Shown: positions 10,501-22,500 of the stretch, piece after piece
How positions within the stretch are numbered: position 1 is the stretch's first letter
How the letters are laid out: the number at the start of each line of letters is the position of its first letter
From: Antedon mediterranea
Lineage: Eukaryota > Animalia > Echinodermata
Length of the DNA: 64,000 nt
NCBI RefSeq assembly: GCF_964355755.1
Contig: NC_092672.1
Span: 38,260,437 to 38,324,436, forward strand
Direction of reading: 5' to 3'
Program-made: the position numbers and the translations under genes
The notes under the pieces: model-generated
Told to the model about the DNA's origin: nothing
Databases searched by the model: none
The model's input: only the letters and a program-made list of their open reading frames with translations

Positions 10501-12893
10501 CGTGCGAACCGTGGGAACAGTTTAGAGCTGTATTACGTTTCATGTGACGCAAAATTCAGGTACACTGTTTTGTAGCCACCCCCTCGTACCGAGTAAAAAA
10601 AACATGCGAGAGGTTTGCGGTGGTAAAACAGAGTATCGCGTTTCATGACATGTGACCAAAAAACTAGGTCTGTATTAATTACGGTCTTCTGTCGGCAGTC
10701 TTTTTGAGCGACCGATTGAACGTTCTGATACTATATTTAGAATGAATTGTTTACGATCTTTTTGTTTGCATGTTTCTGGATCGACTGGACGTTCGCTATA
10801 TTATTTTTATTAGTTGGCATAGTTCATTGTGTTGGATCGTGTCTCTACGTTTACATTGTGGGAAATTTATATTCGCCGTTGAGAGTAAAAACACACGAAT
10901 GAAATATTTACGAATAAAAACTATTATATTATATATTTCATAGTAATGTACAAATTGGTCCTCCTCCGCCAGTCAAAAATAACACATTAAATAATAATTT
11001 TCACACCTTGTTACTTACTAAGAACATCGTGAGGTTGTTTATTGAGGTTACTAACGAAGCCAAACAATGTAACCTACAAAGCCAACAACGTAGCCCGTTT
11101 TATCTACGAAGCTACTTCGTAGGAAAAGTTGCGGTATTTTCTCTGATATATAATTTTCGATAATCAGAATCTGGAATAAAGTATTAAATCTACTGATAAA
11201 CAATACTGCTGTTTAATCTATATAATATATATTATTATATATATCATTAATTACATTATTTATTAATCATGATATAACCATTTATACTGCCTAAAAAATG
11301 CTGATGACTGCGCGGCGACAATCCTTTGTATCTACCGCGCCCGCCCTGGCTAACTTCTGTGTACGGCGGTACAATTGATTTTAGATTCCTTCTTTAAAAC
11401 GGAGGTGATTTTCCACGAGGGTTGTGTCGTCCGCGCGTCACACTGGGCTGTGTGTTTGGTGTCCTTTTGTGTGATTGGGTAAGGCAGCATGCAATAAATT
11501 GACGAACTTCCAATCACAACGAGTGTAAAATGTTTAGGGGCTTTTTACGCTTGAATGAACCTGACTCCTTTGCGGTGGCGGTCCGTAGTAGAGAGATTAA
11601 ATTACAGAGTGTTTGAAATAGGGAAAACACACCCGACTTCAATTTGAAACAACTCGCACAAGCAGACGATCTTGTCGCGCTATGCGCGACCTATTCTGTT
11701 TCTTTAGTCGCAAACAGAAAAATTAGGTCGCAAATGCGACCAAATACCCCTTAATTTGCAGCCCTGTATACTTCCAACGATCTTCGAGTTGAGGTGCAGG
11801 TTTAACTTTGGTGCTAAAAGTAAACACCCCTAATTTTACACGTATAATGGACTACACCATGCAGGAACGCACATGGTATTTTCTTATCAGAGGGTGCGTG
11901 TACGTCAAAAGGAATTGTTTTTCCAATGATCCGATCCTTCGCGTACGGACGTACGTCGACGCGTGTGTGTGAAATTTCTTATCAGAGGGTGCGTGTGCGT
12001 CAAATAGAATTGTTTTCCTAATGAATTGAATTGCGTGTGTTCGACCGGATCGGTGGCGGGAGGATAGGCTAGGAGTGCGTGTAATATCGAAGGCGGCTAG
12101 CTCGATTATTGAGGTGGGGTGGTGCGACTTTAATACTTTCAGTAACCTCCGATCGAGGAACGTTTTTAGCTTGATTATTAAAAGTGTACATGTATTTTAA
12201 TGTACTATCTATATCATGATTTACCACGCACGGCGGCCGGGATGATATTGTTTTGGTTACAAAATGTTCGATGTTTTGTTTACTGTTTGTGTATTAATAA
12301 ATGCGTTTAGGGAAAATCCCCTTGCAACGAAGACCGGCGATAGTTTTGCGTCTCGTCCGAGTCGTGTAAGCAAATCTTCTTGACATTATTTTCTATCTAA
12401 TTCAGTGGTTTTTATTGTGGTAAAACTCGGGAAGGGCACTCGCGGCCAACGCAAAAAAAAGGGCAGGCCAGTAGTGGCCGTGGGTGCTATTCATTTTCGA
12501 GGGCATTGAGGCCAACTGGGAGGGCACCGACGGCACTGGCCGCGGTAAAATTCGAGGCCTGAATCGCGCAAATCAATTGAGATCATTTTAGTGGGGTAGC
12601 CCCTTAATTATGCCCAGTTTCAGCTGAAATTGTTTTATTTGGGTTTAAACCTAGTCTGAATCACCCTAAATTGAATGTATAAAATGCAATATTGAAATAG
12701 ACCTATTTTGTAATCATATAAAATATGATTTTGTTTTGAACAGGCAAAAGCATATTTGGCAGATCCGTCTGCCTTTGTTGTGACTGCTGCTCCAGCTGCA
12801 GGCGGAGGAGGAGAAGAGAAAAAAGAAGAAACAAAGAAGGAAGAAGAAGAGGAAGAATCTGATGATGATATGGGATTTGGTCTTTTTGATTAA
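1550..12893 (+). CDS. RPLP0: 60S acidic ribosomal protein P0 (uL10), 8 coding exons
   Basis: GT-AG exons 1550-1603, 2102-2201, 4146-4221, 6866-7100, 7495-7603, 7747-7823, 8319-8459, 12744-12893 join in frame: [41 protein letters not shown]...[15 protein letters not shown]...[15 protein letters not shown]...[20 protein letters not shown] at 12955-12960. The non-coding first exon and TSS were not resolved. Confidence 0.98.
1820..2060 (-). mobile_element. CR1/L2-type LINE 3' fragment in RPLP0 intron
   Basis: ORF 1865-2077(-) RTRGHSLKL...[31 protein letters not shown] matches the typical C-terminus of CR1-clade ORF2; short repeat tail near 1828-1841. Confidence 0.8.
2319..3613. mobile_element. 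Non-autonomous Tc1/mariner-pogo-like element (MITE)
   Basis: TIRs CAGTCAACTCTCCCAATACCGGAC / GTCCGGTATTGGGAGAGTTGACTG, flanked by TA on both sides; no transposase ORF. Confidence 0.9.
3680..4120 (+). repeat. Tandem repeat, ~89 bp x5
   Basis: Units start at 3680, 3769, 3858, 3947, 4035 (AAATAAGCC...TTGTACTC...AGTACAAGACACATGACTAGTCACTAGTTC). Confidence 0.95.
4270..4388 (+). ncRNA. SNORD22: C/D box snoRNA, U22 (SNORD22)-like, copy 1
   Basis: Box C ATGATGA 4275-4281, box D CTGA 4380-4383, short terminal TTTTA/TAAAA stem. Internal motifs TTCACATG, CAGAGCC..GAACCC.CTGG.ACTGG and CTGTCTGA match my recollection of vertebrate U22. Intronic in a ribosomal protein gene. Confidence 0.82.
4624..5360. 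mobile_element. Tc1/mariner-like MITE
   Basis: TIRs CAGTCGACTCCGCCTAAGTCGAA / TTCGACTTAGGTGGAGTCGACTG, TA flanks, subterminal TAAGTCGAA repeats. Confidence 0.9.
6138..6700 (+). mobile_element. Non-autonomous Helentron/HINE (DINE-1-like) element
   Basis: 5' TTACCTCCGCCAAGGAGG hairpin, (GT)n/GTCT microsatellite, 3' subterminal inverted repeat GGCGGAGGT, 3' hairpin GTACTCTCGGAGTAC and CTAG-TT end. Confidence 0.75.
6502..6570 (-). pseudogene. tRNA-derived (SINE-head-like) sequence inside the HINE
   Basis: Minus strand GTGTGGTGTAATGG (A box) ... GGTTCAAGTCC (B box) followed by a T-run; acceptor stem degenerate. Confidence 0.6.
7163..7281 (+). ncRNA. SNORD22: C/D box snoRNA, U22 (SNORD22)-like, copy 2
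   Basis: Box C ATGATGA 7168-7174, box D CTGA 7273-7276; near-identical to 4270-4388, and similarity decays within ~10-15 nt outside the boxes. Confidence 0.82.
7907..8042 (+). ncRNA. H/ACA box snoRNA (intron 6 of RPLP0)
   Basis: Hairpin 1 CGAAGCATT(7909)/AATGCTTCG(7967), H box AAAGAA (7969-7974), hairpin 2 TTGAATG/CGTTCAA with upper stem ACAGGGAAAGG/CCTTTCTTTGT, ACA at 8037-8039, 15 nt below the upper stem. Confidence 0.78.
8075..8192. mobile_element. Tourist/PIF-Harbinger-like MITE, family A
   Basis: TIR AGCTCTGTYTACACTATCAAACT, TAA target duplication. Confidence 0.85.
8648..12561. mobile_element. Large non-autonomous TIR element (hAT-like CAGG ends) with nested insertions
   Basis: TIRs CAGGCCTCGAATTT / AAATTCGAGGCCTG, subterminal GGGCACC repeats at both ends, flanks AATTGC / AATCGC (imperfect 6-bp TSD); CpG-rich; no transposase ORF seen. 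Confidence 0.8.
9529..11766. mobile_element. Nested TIR element, 5-bp TSD
   Basis: TIRs CAGGGCTGCAAATTAA / TTAATTTGCAGCCCTG flanked by TATAC on both sides. Confidence 0.85.
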
Positions 12894-13040
12894 TTCTCTC
12901 GAAAACTGGTAAAATGTGTAAACTGAGATTACATGCTTCAGGTATTCCTGTATGAATAAACCCAACAACAATTAACAATTTGTTTTGTGGCTGTCATTTA
13001 TTTATTTACATTGTTAATATGCATTTACTAAAAAGTCTTA

Positions 13041-13176
13041 AGCTCCGTCTACACTAACTAACTTTATGTGGAAAAAAAATATGGACATGATATATCACTA
13101 CCATATTTGGGATCACTACACATTTGGACACCCTTTTTTTTTTTTGTCAAACTAGTTTGATATTGTAGACAAAGCT
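13041..13176. mobile_element. MITE family A, in probable GUSB1 3' UTR
   Basis: AGCTCCGTCTACAC...TGTAGACAAAGCT, TTA TSD. Confidence 0.8.
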
Positions 13177-13352
13177 TTACACTATACAAGTTGGTGCATG
13201 GTAAACAATATATTGAAATTTGCCCAGCTACTGTAAAACAAAAATAGCACCTCTACTTCATAGCTGAATCCACATTTATGGAAGACATATCTGATACATT
13301 CCATTTTGGTAAATATTGCTAGCAAATTGTATACAACTCTTGTTGCGTTCCC

Positions 13353-16300
13353 TTAATTGTTTCTGTATAAAGCACTTGGTTTCTCGCATGTACCAAAGAG
13401 AACATTGCATATTTGGTGATATCGTTGTTTAACAATCCAGGCAGCAGATTTTGGTTGTCTCTGCCTCGTTAAAATTCCTTTTTTGTTCCCTCCCACTCTT
13501 GTTGTACCTGAAAGAGATTCAATAGTGCTAATATAGAAACTTTGTTTTGTACACTTGGTTGGTATGCACAGCTTTCCCTATTTTTAAACCACAGAATATG
13601 TGTAGTTTTGCAATACATTGTATTTGAGTCATTTCTTACTACTGCACTTACTTTGCACTGTCATGAAATCAGCAAAGTTCCATATCATCTCTCCCACTAA
13701 GAACTCATTCTTAACTTCATCAAACACTTTAAAGTATTCTCTTAACAGATCTATCTGGTACTCCTCACTAAACATCATAGGAGGATCCTAAAACAAAGAA
13801 CCATATTTCTCATATACTTTTCGTTTGTTTCTGATTTTAAATCAACCCTAACCCATACTTCAAATTTGTTACGATGCTATTGTTTGTTAAGCTTATGGCT
13901 AACACTATCAAATTAGTTTTACATAAAAAGTGTGATGTGCCATATATGGTTGCATAACATTTTTTTGTCCCATAAAGTTTTATAGTGTAGACAGAGCTTT
14001 AGACTTCTTATTTGTGTATCTTTGGACCCCAAACCAAAATGTGATTATTTACCATGTGAATACCAGTTATTGCGTCTGCGCCATATTCTGTCTGTATGAC
14101 TGGTCGTTGGTATTTATTAAACCAACCTCTGAGACTGTCGTTCGTTTGGTAGTGTATGACCTCTAAATGACCTGGGTCACTATACCAAGAATAGTATGTA
14201 TTGATGCACACAACATCGACATACTTGACCTGAAAACAAAAATAGCAACTGTAAATAAACAATCTCATAATTTCTATTGTGGATACAGTAGTCATTTTGG
14301 TTAAACAATTTGTATTACAAGACTGTACCATCAAACATTTTTTTTTAAGCTTATACCAAAATGTTAAAATTACCACTTGATCTATATCTGGCTGGCTTCC
14401 GCCTCCTATTACAAAGGTCACAGGTCGAGTACTGTCCAGTGTTCTTGTGTATTCAATAACAGTCCTGTAAAATGAAATGTAATATCAAGTAGTTCAGAAT
14501 GCATTTGCAGTATGCAGTATTTGCAAGACAATTCTGAAAACTTCATTTTCAGAATTTCACTGAACAATAGACACGTTTCTTGCTCGCGACCAATCAGAAA
14601 TAGTGGGTATAGATTTGTAAACAAACCGAACACCTCTCGCCTAGTGCGTGTTGAAGCATAGCGAAATGGCGACTGCCGAGTGCTTTTGTTGCAAGGTGCA
14701 TCATAAATGTTGTATATTTTGGATAAATCGTGAATTTAACTACACAAAATCACTGAATAATATTCCTGTTTTTAATGTGCTCGTGCCTCTCCGCCCGCCC
14801 GGTGGCGTTGCCTGATGCAGTACTTCGTCTACTAGGGCTAGGAGGCTTGGGTGTCTGTTTAAGCGCCAAAGAACATCACATAATACATGGAAGATGCAAT
14901 AGGAGCATGAAGAAGAATGAAAGATAATAATTAATATATTTACGCAACATTTGTAAATAAAATCAACAGTTAACATGTATTAAATGCACCGTAACTAATA
15001 TATATGTGTCAAACCAAAAATGACAATACATAAATAAAGTCGATGATTCTGAACCAAATGCCTAAATAATTCTAAAGTGAATATAAAACATAAGTTTAGA
15101 AAATAAATAACATCCTTACCACGCCATTCCATCAAAAGGCTAGTTTTAACGATTGCTTTTTAAGATGATCATCTCTCAGTTCTCCCATGCTTTAACATAC
15201 CTCTCGCTGTGTTTGTTTACCATTGTATACCCACTAAAAGGTCAAACTGACGGTGACCTCGCGAGCGCAAAACGTGTCTATTGTTCATCCAGAAATACTG
15301 TACTTTCCATTTAGTTCATACTCACTTGAAGTAAGGCCCAGATTCTACCCGTTTTGAATTGGGCTCATTTGCGACTGACCACATAACTACTGAAGGATGG
15401 TTCTTGTCCCTGGTCACAAGCTCTTTCATGACATCAAGGTGGTGTGCTAGAGAAATGTTGCTAAAGTTTTCTTTTCTGTGAAAACATGGTTTGTTTGAAA
15501 ATTACATAGCTCCAAAGGGTTCCAAAGTACGATTTGGTGCCTCAGTAAGTGTATTTATATACAGTATTAATACTCTACATTCCCCTCCCAAACCTTTCCA
15601 TGAAACTATTTTTTCTCGATAAACTCACTTACTCCTTGATACCAACTCCGGGGCTTTCGTCGATGACAACGATACCATGTCGATCACAGAGGTCCATGAT
15701 CTCTTCTGCATATGGGTAATGACTTGTACGGAACGAATTGATACCTAACCACTTCATCAGGTTGATGTCTTTGATCATTATAGGATAGTCCAAACCTTTA
15801 CCACGAATCTAAAAGCATTAATTGACGATAGTGTCATTTAGGTTTGTTGGCTGTGCTGTAGTATTCCTATTATAAGTGTTTCTCAACTGATTTGTGTCAT
15901 ATAGGGTCTATATCCTCCAATAAAAAGTTCCAGCTCATCTGGGGAAAGCTGCCATTTTGAATTTTTTAAATGGCCACCATAAAATACAGATTTTTGCTCA
16001 TATATCGGCTTCTACATCTGATGTAAGGATATGCTTTTGGTGGCAAAGTATATGTTTTGAGGGTCAAGGAATCCAAATACTGTTTGTTTTCATGAATTTA
16101 TGAGGTTTATTGTCTTGAATCAATTCTTTAATCAAACATGTCTTGTTTTTGAATACTTACATCAGCATCCTCATGTTTGCCAACTCCAAGAAAGTAAAAT
16201 GGCTTGTCGTTTATCAGAAACTTGGTCTTTGTGACCTCAACTGTACGGATACCAACAGTTAAATCATAGGTATCTTCACTAACACCATCTGTCACCTTAA

Positions 16301-18716
16301 CCTTTGAAAAAGAGTTTACAGAAATCATTTTCAAAATACAGTAGAAGTATATTAAAGAGATACTCTTGGGACCAAACAAAGGTTGCCTTTTGTCTCTTAT
16401 AGTGGTTGGATGCAGTGTTAAAATGTATATTAGCTAGCCCTTGTATATTAGCTAGCCCTTGTTCACAGAAAAGATATGTCCAGAGGAGGGATTCTATTGT
16501 AATTCCAAAATGTTACCTGTATACAGCGATTTGTCATTTTTTTTTTTCAGTCGTTTTTACAGTTGAATTGCTAAGAATAGTTTTTTTAAAAAGTAATTTC
16601 TATTTACTGTGAGAGTGTACAGGTAAGCTGGACGGTCACTCATTGTGTATGGCCACCAGAAGTTGGCATTTGAGACATTCAATTGACCACTTGGCTTAAG
16701 ACATTTGGCTACTTCAATTTCATCTGCATCACTTAAACTGATGCTGTAGTTGACTGATGAATTTATCCCTTTAACAGTGATGTTGTAGTTTACTATACCT
16801 TAAAAAAAATGTGTACCAATTAAATTGGTGTTACTAAAATTTCGTCATTTCATTGGACAATTGTTGGTCACATGGTGCGCAATAGTACGTACTATTTAAC
16901 GATTGTTATATGTATAATATTACTTTTTTTTGTGCATATTTTATATGCCATAATATTTTTTTATTTAATAAGAGGACATTTTGGACCTAACAAAGTGTGC
17001 CCTTATTAGGGGTCTCCCATGAATAGAGATGTTTTAAAGAAGTGGTCCTTAGACTGTATAAGATACCTGTAGTTCCAGATATCTTTGTGGTAACTGTGAT
17101 GTCATCAATATAAATCATAGGTGCTGTGTATAGTTTAACTGGCCGTTGAATGCCTGCATAGTTGAAAAAGTCCATCTGAAGATTTTGTACAAAGTAGCCT
17201 TTTGGATAACTAACAAAAAAATGTATACTTAATATTAAAATTGAAAATAGGATTACAAGAAAAGCAGCAACCATAGTACCAAACACCCACACTAAAACTA
17301 CCAACTTAAAGCTTACTTAAAGGTTTGCCATCCAGATTAAGCACGCACCTAAGAACTTCTGGGTACCTTAAAGTCATTTTATATTTTTACTCCACCCATT
17401 CTTATTCTTGACACTAACCGACAAGCAATTTTACTTTCTTGGAGTTGGCAAACATGAGGATGCTGATGATATATATGTATATGATTTGATACTTACCGAT
17501 TGCCAGGTTTTGGGTAAGTGACTGAACCAGGCGGTAGTGTGTGAGGGCTAAGAGTATTATTTATTGCAACAGTTAATCGATTTCTAGATCCAAAGTTTAA
17601 CTTGCCCGTAACCTCTGCTTGAAATGGAAGATGCCCACCGTTGTGGGTTACAAGTTGCTTTCCATTCAGCCACTGGAATAAAAAAATAATTTTTGTTGCT
17701 AGAATTCAATAATTGTAGGCCTACTATGCATGTTTATTGTTCATCCAACATACTTTAATTTTAAGCCTTAGGCTCTGTCTACACCATCAAACTTTGTGTG
17801 ACAAAAAATGTGATGTGCCCATATATGGACATGATGATGTCATATCACTACCATATTTGGGCACATCACACTTTTTTTTTGTCGAACTAGTTTGATAGTG
17901 TGGACAGAGCTTTACTCACTACAATGGTATAATAATGAGCACTTTCAAATTTAACAAATATTCTCTGCTTTATTGCTTTCCAACTTTTTGGAGCAATAAA
18001 GTTCTTCTCATACCACACCCAACCGACAAAGTCCCGCAATGTTCGGTTTTGAGTGATGTCATTGAAACTGGACGGAACTGGCATGTCAATGACTGGACCC
18101 GTCTGAAAGAAAAATTAATAAATTAAGGATTAAATGACTGTAATATAGTGTTTTAAACAAATTGTACTTAGGTACTTACTCTACCTGCGAATTTGTTCTC
18201 ATAAGTACTTGTAATAAAGTACAATGAGAGCAAACATTTGACCAATCAGAGCAGGTAAAAAATAAGTTACCTCCTTACATTGCCAATCATAAGTAAAAGA
18301 GAATGGGTCTTTGTTGAATTGAGGAACCTAAAGTATATTACTATATTATTTTATAATTTTCTTTGTTAAGCCATACTTAATTCATAGATATTCCCATTGA
18401 CCATGGATTAATGCATATTTACTAATCCACGCATTGACTAATAGTAATACCATCGTTCTGTACTGTTACACAGTGGATAGCATAATTTAGTGCATAGCAG
18501 CCTCGCCGGTAGGCCTACCTTAGCAAGAGATTCTGAATACCACATTTCTTTAAAACCCAAGTTGCGTTCCTCAGAGGTATCTGCCCTGAATTGCCATATT
18601 CCACAAAGTTCTTTAACTTCACGAGATTCTGTATCTTTTGTATAAAGCATGCAGTGCGATTTTAAAACGTAAACAATAACAAACTGAATCGTGTAACTCC
18701 AACGAGGATTCATCAT
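13353..18716 (-). CDS. GUSB: Beta-glucuronidase (GH2), paralog 1, 12 exons
   Basis: Exons 18716-18519, 18102-17920, 17672-17497, 17209-17067, 16798-16608, 16301-16161, 15808-15633, 15475-15326, 14464-14374, 14229-14053, 13787-13652, 13507-13353. Signal-peptide-like N-terminus, [35 protein letters not shown] (acid/base), TEYGAD (nucleophile), [14 protein letters not shown]. Confidence 0.95.
13890..13998. mobile_element. MITE family A (degenerate)
   Basis: Right TIR TAGTGTAGACAGAGCT, degenerate left TIR, TTA flanks. Confidence 0.7.
14561..15287. mobile_element. Non-autonomous TIR element in GUSB1 intron 8
   Basis: Perfect 18-bp inverted ends TGAACAATAGACACGTTT / AAACGTGTCTATTGTTCA; CpG-rich interior; superfamily not assigned. 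Confidence 0.75.
17771..17911. mobile_element. MITE family A
   Basis: GGCTCTGTCTACAC...GTGTGGACAGAGCT, TTA TSD; begins 8 nt into GUSB1 intron 2. Confidence 0.85.
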
Positions 18717-19537
18717 CTTCGCTGTTTTCTTTGTTTATATCCTTTACGCGATCAATCCCAATTAAATTGAGGGCGCTATAGCAATAAGATTAGTTCGGTA
18801 TAAGTCTCAAAGTAAGTAAATTAAAAAATATTTACAATTGAAATGAATTTGAACGGTTTCGGCTTACAACAAATAAATAGAACTTTAAACTACATGGTGA
18901 AACTATCCCCCGTCGGACATCATCCCGGTATTTCTAGAACTGGTTTTAGGGGTTGGTAAAAAACTAAACCCCGCCGGACACCATTCAATGAATTATTTAT
19001 TCGGTCAACCTGTGGTACGTTTCATTAGAACATAGAAATAAGTTGAGAAAGAATTAGTCGTAATATCAACGTGACCCTGTGGGCGTAGTCTCATTTTTTA
19101 TTTAAATCATTGTAACGTTACACATAAAACACTAGGTATGTCTATATGCCCCTATTATAACCAAACGAGTATTGACATTTATTAACAAATAGTACAGTAT
19201 CTTAATTAAATAACGAACCATTCATAAATTGAATGCTGCATAATTACAACAATTCAATTTACAATTTAAATTAATGTCTGAACATAATTATACAAAACAT
19301 AATAGGCCTACAAATAACAGATTTATTAATTCATTATTAGAAAAAGACCGACGTGAATACTCTTATTCGATAATCCAAAAAACCTGTTAATACTCGTGTA
19401 TTCATGTATTATAATGTACATGTATCAATCGAATTTATTTGAATCACGATTGAATACAAGGTTTTTTGTACGCGAGCGTAAAATGGGTGTGACGTTACAA
19501 GAAGCGCGATATTTAAATCGTTTGCTACATGTTTTCT

Positions 19538-22500
19538 TTAGTTAGCATTTTTGCATTTTGATTGACAGTAAGTTTGATCTGCTGACTCGGCAGTCGTTGA
19601 GTTGCCAATTTGGTGGTACCGTTGTTTAATGATTTTTGCAACTGATTTGGGTTGCCTCTGCCTGGTCAGTATTCCTTTTGTGTTACCACCAGCCAACTTG
19701 GTGCCTGAAAATAAAACATGATTAAAGTAGTAGTACTAACTTCTTAGAAATGTATACTAAGTTTGTGGCTACAGAATTTATATCAGAAATCGACCATTAT
19801 TTAGTGATACTTTAGAATGAGTACGTACTTTGGTGCGTCATAAAGTCTGCAAAAACCCAGACCATCTCCCCAACCAAGAATTCACGTCTGAGCTCATCAA
19901 ACACTCTGAAATACTCTTTTAAGAATTCCTCCTGGTACTCTTCACTAAACATTACTGGTGGGTCCTAAACAAAGTATATGTAGGCCTACATATTATTATA
20001 AACATCACAGGCACAGAATAAAATCTAAACCCTCCGGCGATATACTCATGAAATGTAATTAATTTATTTGAAACAATACAGATGAGGAAATCTAATGAGA
20101 ATAATAAAAAGTCGCCCCAAAACCGAGATTCTAACCCGGAACTTCTGTTTAGTTACCACTGTCTGTAGTCTGAGAAACCTGCCATGCCATGTTGAAAATC
20201 GGTAAAGGATGCGCCTCGCGGATAAAATCCGGACATTTAAGATGTTGGCCTATATAAAAAAAATCTCGCGTTGACCCTTTCAGTTTTTTCCTAATACCTC
20301 TCGCGCCCTACAGGCTTATTCGCACTAGAGTCGTCAACTGTATGATATACATTGTCAGCGTGGCCTGCTTATTTTTACCGTATGAAATCCAGCAATGCAA
20401 CCAGCACCATATTCTGCTTGGATGACCGGTCGTTGGTACATATCGAACCATTCTCTCAGGTTTGCCTCCGCCTGCTTGTAAATTACGTCCAAATGTCCAT
20501 CATCGCCGTACCACGAATAATACGTGTTCATACAAATTACATCTCCATATTTGGCCTATTTTTGAAAAAAAAAAAAAGAAGTAAATACAAGATATAATAC
20601 CTATAAACAAATTAATATTTTAAATTAATGTTTTATTAATGTAAAATGTACGCTTTATTAGTAACATCAAAATTGCTCACTGCTTGGTCAAACCTTGCTT
20701 TTAAATCTCCTCCAGTTACCAAGGTGACGGGCCTGGTGCTGTCCAATAATTTCGTGTATTTGATAATATTCCTAATAGAAAATATAATAATTAGTTAAAT
20801 TAGAAGGTATGAGGTGCAAATAGTGCATTATTTGACTAAATTATTTATATTATAAAATGTACACTATAAACACATTTGTCACCTCTCCGTAATAATAAAA
20901 TATGTATTTATTAACCCTCACTTCATATAAGGCCCAGCTACCGCCAGTGTTGAGTTGGGCTCATTTGCTACAGACCACATCACAACACTTGGATGGTTCT
21001 TGTCTCTGCTTACAAGCTCTTCCATTACAGAAATATGATTATAAAATGAGATGTCGCCAAAGTTTTCAGCTCTATGAAAGAAAAGTTAGAATATCCCTGG
21101 ATGAGATAATTATTTTGATTGTATTGTTTACTACTGGTTTTTTTCTGAATCTCTTCTTTGGTTCCTTATTTTTTTTTATTGCAAGGGCGTACGCGCAGCT
21201 GCTGCGCAACGCAAGTGTCATGATTGGTCTGTAAGTGGGAATTGAACCAGCCAATGGCAAGAGTTCAGCCTGCACACTAGGAGATACTTTTGTATTTGTA
21301 GGTTGGAGATGAGTATATTACTTCTTCATTCCGACAGCAGTAGACTCATCAATGACCACGATACCGTGCTCATCACAGAGGTCTAGTATCTCCTCTGCAT
21401 ACGGGTAATGATTGGTACGGAACGAATTGATTCCTAACCATTTCATCAGGTTGATGTCTTTGACCATTATTGGATAATCAAAACCTCTTCCACGAATCTA
21501 AAAGTAATAATGAGTACTGTATAGCGTAAAAGATGGATTTACCAGGGCTTAAAGGTTTTTACGCTTCGAATACGTGTACCAAACCTGTTGTAAAATTGTA
21601 TCATTATTATTGGCTTAGTCTATTTTAATATGTTAACGCACGCTATAAGCCGTTTTCCAAAAGGCGAATTTATTCGTGCGAATCAAACGCGTTTGCTTCA
21701 CATGCGTTTCGTGAAACAGTACGCGATGTGTAACCAATCAGAGCCCAGCAATGTTCAATTCGCGTGAATAAATTCACCCAATGAAAACAGAGAGTATTAT
21801 TACGTCAGCATCCTCGTGTTTGCCAATTCCAAGAAAGTAAAACGGTTTATCGTTTATCAAAAACTTTGTTTTATTCAACTTCACTGTTCGAATTCCCACG
21901 GGTAGATCGTAAACATCAAAACTCGTCTTGTCTTCAACTCTGACCTTTAATTATGATAATTCAAATAATAATAACATAATAATATAAGTAGACCTACATA
22001 TTACATACATAATTATAATAACATACATATTGCCATTGTTTGTTGTTTTTTAGATTTTTATTGACGACAAAGCAACAAACAAAAATCAAGGATGTCCTTG
22101 AAAAAAATCAGCGTAGAATAATGCGCGTGTCAACAACCTTGGTGATGATCAAATCTGTTTTGTCTTTTTATTTACGAATTATTTGCAATTTATCACAAAA
22201 TTTGCATGTGATACTGAACGAATTAAAGATTGATAATCCGGCTAATTTCTTTTTTAATGATGATCATATCATAATCATATCATAATAGAGTCGTCAACTG
22301 TATGATATACATTGTCAGCGTGGCCTGCTTATTTTTACCGTATGAAATCCAGCAATGCAACCAGCACCATATTCTGCTTGGATGACCGGTCGTTGGTACA
22401 TATCGAACCATTCTCTCAGGTTTGCCTCCGCCTGCTTGTAAATTACGTCCAAATGTCCATCATCGCCGTACCACGAATAATACGTGTTCATACAAATTAC

